Assembly (NCBI GenBank): GCA_963793265.1
Contig: CAWBZI010000001.1
Coordinates: 1,836,121 to 1,900,120 of the forward strand
Source: an uncultured cyanobacterium
Lineage (GTDB): Bacteria > Cyanobacteriota > Cyanobacteriia > Phormidesmidales > Phormidesmidaceae
Reading direction: 5' to 3'
DNA length: 64,000 nt
Position numbers and translations under genes: made by a program. The first letter of the stretch is position 1; each line of letters begins with the position of its first letter. Below the pieces are notes generated by a model. It saw only the letters and a list, made by a program, of their open reading frames with translations. It made no database searches and was not told the DNA's origin. This document shows positions 61,713-64,000 of this stretch, in pieces.

Positions 61713-62519
61713 ATGTCTCAGCTCGAACTCTTTTCCACGCCTAAGTCCATGGCCGTTGCCCTACCAAAGTACAAGGTTCGCGAAAGCAAGCGGGCCAAAA
61801 ATGTCTCGATCAAAATTTCGGTAGAGGGTGAGGTGGAGGTGATTGTGCCGCCTAAGTTTAAGCGCTCTAAGCTGCCGGAGATTTTGGAGCGTAAGCGGGC
61901 CTGGATTGAGAAGACGCGCGATCGCCTGCTCACTGCCGCTGAAGACACCCCCAAAGACTGGGGCGTTGAAAAACCCGATACCATTTTCCTCCGCTGGCAG
62001 TCTGAAAAGGTCACCGAGCCGAGTGAGCCGCCTACTGCTAAAGACAAGGTAGAGTCTTGGTCAGTGGCTTACCAGCAGAGTGAGAGCGATCGCATCGTCT
62101 GCATACCCTCACTCAACGGCCGTCTCACCCTTCGCGGCAACACCGAACAGCCCACCACCTGCCAGGCCGTCTTAAGAAAATGGCTGGCCCACAAAGCTCA
62201 CAAAGAACTTGCCCCCTGGCTGCGTCAGCTCGGCTTTGAACTCGATTTGCCCTGCCGTCGCATTTCCGTACGCGGCCAAAAAACGGTATGGGCAAGCTGC
62301 TCTAGCCAAAAAGACATCAGCCTCAACTACAAGCTGCTCTTTCTACCCCGTCCGTTTGTCCATTACGTGCTGGTTCACGAGCTTTGCCATACCGTGCACA
62401 TGAACCATTCGGCCAGCTTTTGGGCACTCGTAGAAGAAAAGCAGCCTGACTACCATCAATGGCGAACTGGCATCAAAAAAGGCTGGCAGTACGTCCCGCG
62501 CTGGGTCGAAACCAAATGA
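61713..62519 (+). CDS. YgjP/DUF45 (M48-like) zinc metalloprotein
   Basis: R.SKRAK, QKT.WASCS, YVLVHELCH..HMNHS..FW. Confidence 0.85.
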   Translation: MSQLELFSTPKSMAVALPKYKVRESKRAKNVSIKISVEGEVEVIVPPKFKRSKLPEILERKRAWIEKTRDRLLTAAEDTPKDWGVEKPDTIFLRWQSEKVTEPSEPPTAKDKVESWSVAYQQSESDRIVCIPSLNGRLTLRGNTEQPTTCQAVLRKWLAHKAHKELAPWLRQLGFELDLPCRRISVRGQKTVWASCSSQKDISLNYKLLFLPRPFVHYVLVHELCHTVHMNHSASFWALVEEKQPDYHQWRTGIKKGWQYVPRWVETK

Positions 62520-63637
62520 GCCAGCTAGCCTATACAGAACCCCCTCATAGCGGCTACCACTGGCAAAATATCCCAGGATTCAAACCCAATCGCTTCTTTG
62601 AAGGCTGGTATTTCCGAGTCACCCTGCCTGAGCCGGGCCACACCTTCGCCTTCATGTACTCTATCGACGACCCGGCAGGCGGCAGCGACTACAGCGGCGG
62701 CGTTGCCCAAATCCTCGGTGGCCCCAACGAAGACTACTACTGCCGTACCTTCTCAAATACAGATGGCTTTTGGGCCAAGCCCGACAGATTAGGCATCGGT
62801 CACAAACGCAAAGGCCCAGCGCGATACTTGCCGCCTGACGTGTTTGAGCGCGAAGTGGCAGAGGGCTACCAGGCAACGGCTACTGTTCACCAAGGTAAGC
62901 TGCTGACGCCGGGCGGCGATGTTCAAGCCCGGTGGCGCTATGAAACTAAACCTGTTATGGGCTGGGGTGCGCCTAAGCCCAAAGCAACCGCAGGCTGGCT
63001 GTCCTATCTGCCTATATTTGAGCCGGGCTGGCAGGTGCTAATGGCCCATGGCCTAGCCACCGGCTGGATTGAGTGGGCCGACCCAAAAGATTACGCTCAA
63101 GAACCTGTTCGCTACACTTTTGAAAATGCGCCCGCCTATGCTGAGAAAAACTGGGGCGGTGCGTTCCCGGCAAAGTGGTTTTGGATGCAGTGTAATGCGT
63201 TTCCTGGCGAGCCAAATTTGAGCATTACCGCCGTTGCTGGTGTGCGTGAAGTGCTGATGTTTACTGAGAATGTAGGCTTAATTGGCATTCACTACAGCGG
63301 TCGGTTTTATGAGTTTTTCTCTACGGAGACAGCCTTTACTTGGGCGGTTGATCCTTGGGGGTATTGGCATATGACGGCAAGGAGCGATCACTACAAAGTC
63401 ATCCTCACAGGCCACGCCACCGACGAAGGCGCATGGGTGCGCGTACCCACTCAAACCGGCCTACAGTTCCTCTGCCGCGACACTACGCACGGCACCTTGC
63501 ATGTGCAGCTATGGGAATGTAGTGCTAAGAGCGATCGCTTGATCCTAGATACCACCAGTCAGCTTGCGGGCCTAGAAGTCGGCGGCGGCCCCTGGAATGA
63601 GCGCTGGACAAACGAGCAGGCAAAAGTTAATAGCTGA
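62516..63637 (+). CDS. Tocopherol cyclase
   Basis: PHSGYHW, RFFEGWYFRVTLP, EPGWQVLMAHGLATG, YAEKNWGGAFP.KWFW.QCN, LEVGGGPW. Confidence 0.9.
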   Translation: MSQLAYTEPPHSGYHWQNIPGFKPNRFFEGWYFRVTLPEPGHTFAFMYSIDDPAGGSDYSGGVAQILGGPNEDYYCRTFSNTDGFWAKPDRLGIGHKRKGPARYLPPDVFEREVAEGYQATATVHQGKLLTPGGDVQARWRYETKPVMGWGAPKPKATAGWLSYLPIFEPGWQVLMAHGLATGWIEWADPKDYAQEPVRYTFENAPAYAEKNWGGAFPAKWFWMQCNAFPGEPNLSITAVAGVREVLMFTENVGLIGIHYSGRFYEFFSTETAFTWAVDPWGYWHMTARSDHYKVILTGHATDEGAWVRVPTQTGLQFLCRDTTHGTLHVQLWECSAKSDRLILDTTSQLAGLEVGGGPWNERWTNEQAKVNS

Positions 63638-63731
63638 AAAGTTAGACCAGCTTGCTATACTTTCTTGAGTAATCGGTGTTTGAGCCTTGGATGCGCTATT
63701 TTAGCCATTCCATCTCAGATTTCAATTACAT

Positions 63732-64000
63732 GGGGCTGTAGCTCAGATGGATAGAGCAACCGCCTCCTGAACTACCGGGCACCGTATGGGGAAACCCGAC
63801 GTGTGAATGTAGTCAAATTCGGTGAAACCTAAAAAGTACAACACTTCAAGGCAATACCGAGCCAAGCCCCTTAGACCGGGAAGGTGTAGAGACTAGACGG
63901 CTACCGCCTAAGAGCTTGTGTTTTATCACTTGCTTAGGGTGAAGGTATAGTCCAGAGAGTGGGGAAACTCACACAAATCTGAAGTGGTAGGTCGCGCGTT
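63732..64000 (+). tRNA. tRNA-Arg(CCU), intron-containing, 3' exon cut by window end
   Basis: 5' exon GGGGCTGTAGCTCAGATGGATAGAGCAACCGCCTCCT (to 63768) and 3' exon AAGTGGTAGGTCGCGCGTT (from 63982) rebuild anticodon arm ACCGC-CTCCTAA-GTGGT. Confidence 0.9.
63769..63981 (+). ncRNA. Group I self-splicing intron (213 nt, no ORF)
   Basis: P AAATTCGGTGAAA, Q AATACCGAGCCAAG, R GTAGAGACTAGACGG, S AAGGTATAGTCC; U before the 5' splice site, terminal G63981; P3 GTAGTC/GGCTAC. Confidence 0.92.

Larger units (their letters stand above)
2800..63700. repeat. HIP1 octamer GCGATCGC dispersed at high density
   Basis: Dozens of copies by eye (e.g. 4134-4141, 5426-5433); none noticed in the rRNA genes or the MITEs. 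Confidence 0.9.

Overview
Chromosomal window from a cyanobacterium, judged from dense HIP1 GCGATCGC octamers and a cyanobacterial 16S-tRNA-Ile-tRNA-Ala-23S operon; the gene content looks Leptolyngbya/Synechococcales-like. It starts inside a minus-strand rRNA operon. Housekeeping and transport genes follow: nadC, a polar amino-acid ABC transporter, rlmH, a Ggt-like sugar/osmolyte ABC operon, ffh, murF, moeB, a Dpp peptide ABC system and tocopherol cyclase. The window ends in a tRNA-Arg(CCU) gene interrupted by a group I intron. The main points of interest are: (1) two near-identical 239-bp MITEs, each inserted with an 8-bp duplication into the centre of a GTAG-type REP-like palindrome and carrying nested repeats; (2) a 33-bp palindromic motif shared by both MITE ends and the rRNA promoter region; (3) a complete, functionally uncharacterised seven-gene MoxR/DUF58/DUF4350/DUF4129/SpoIIM/RDD membrane system with an RTX gene inside it; (4) a clan GH-J glycosidase divergent from the Ggt-like operon; (5) a pseudokinase-histidine kinase hybrid overlapping a degenerate GGDEF response regulator; (6) a stand-alone protein resembling the primase PriL C-terminal domain; (7) a candidate ~200-nt structured RNA upstream of murF; (8) several disarmed toxin-antitoxin loci. 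All family assignments come from motif recognition; no database searches were run.
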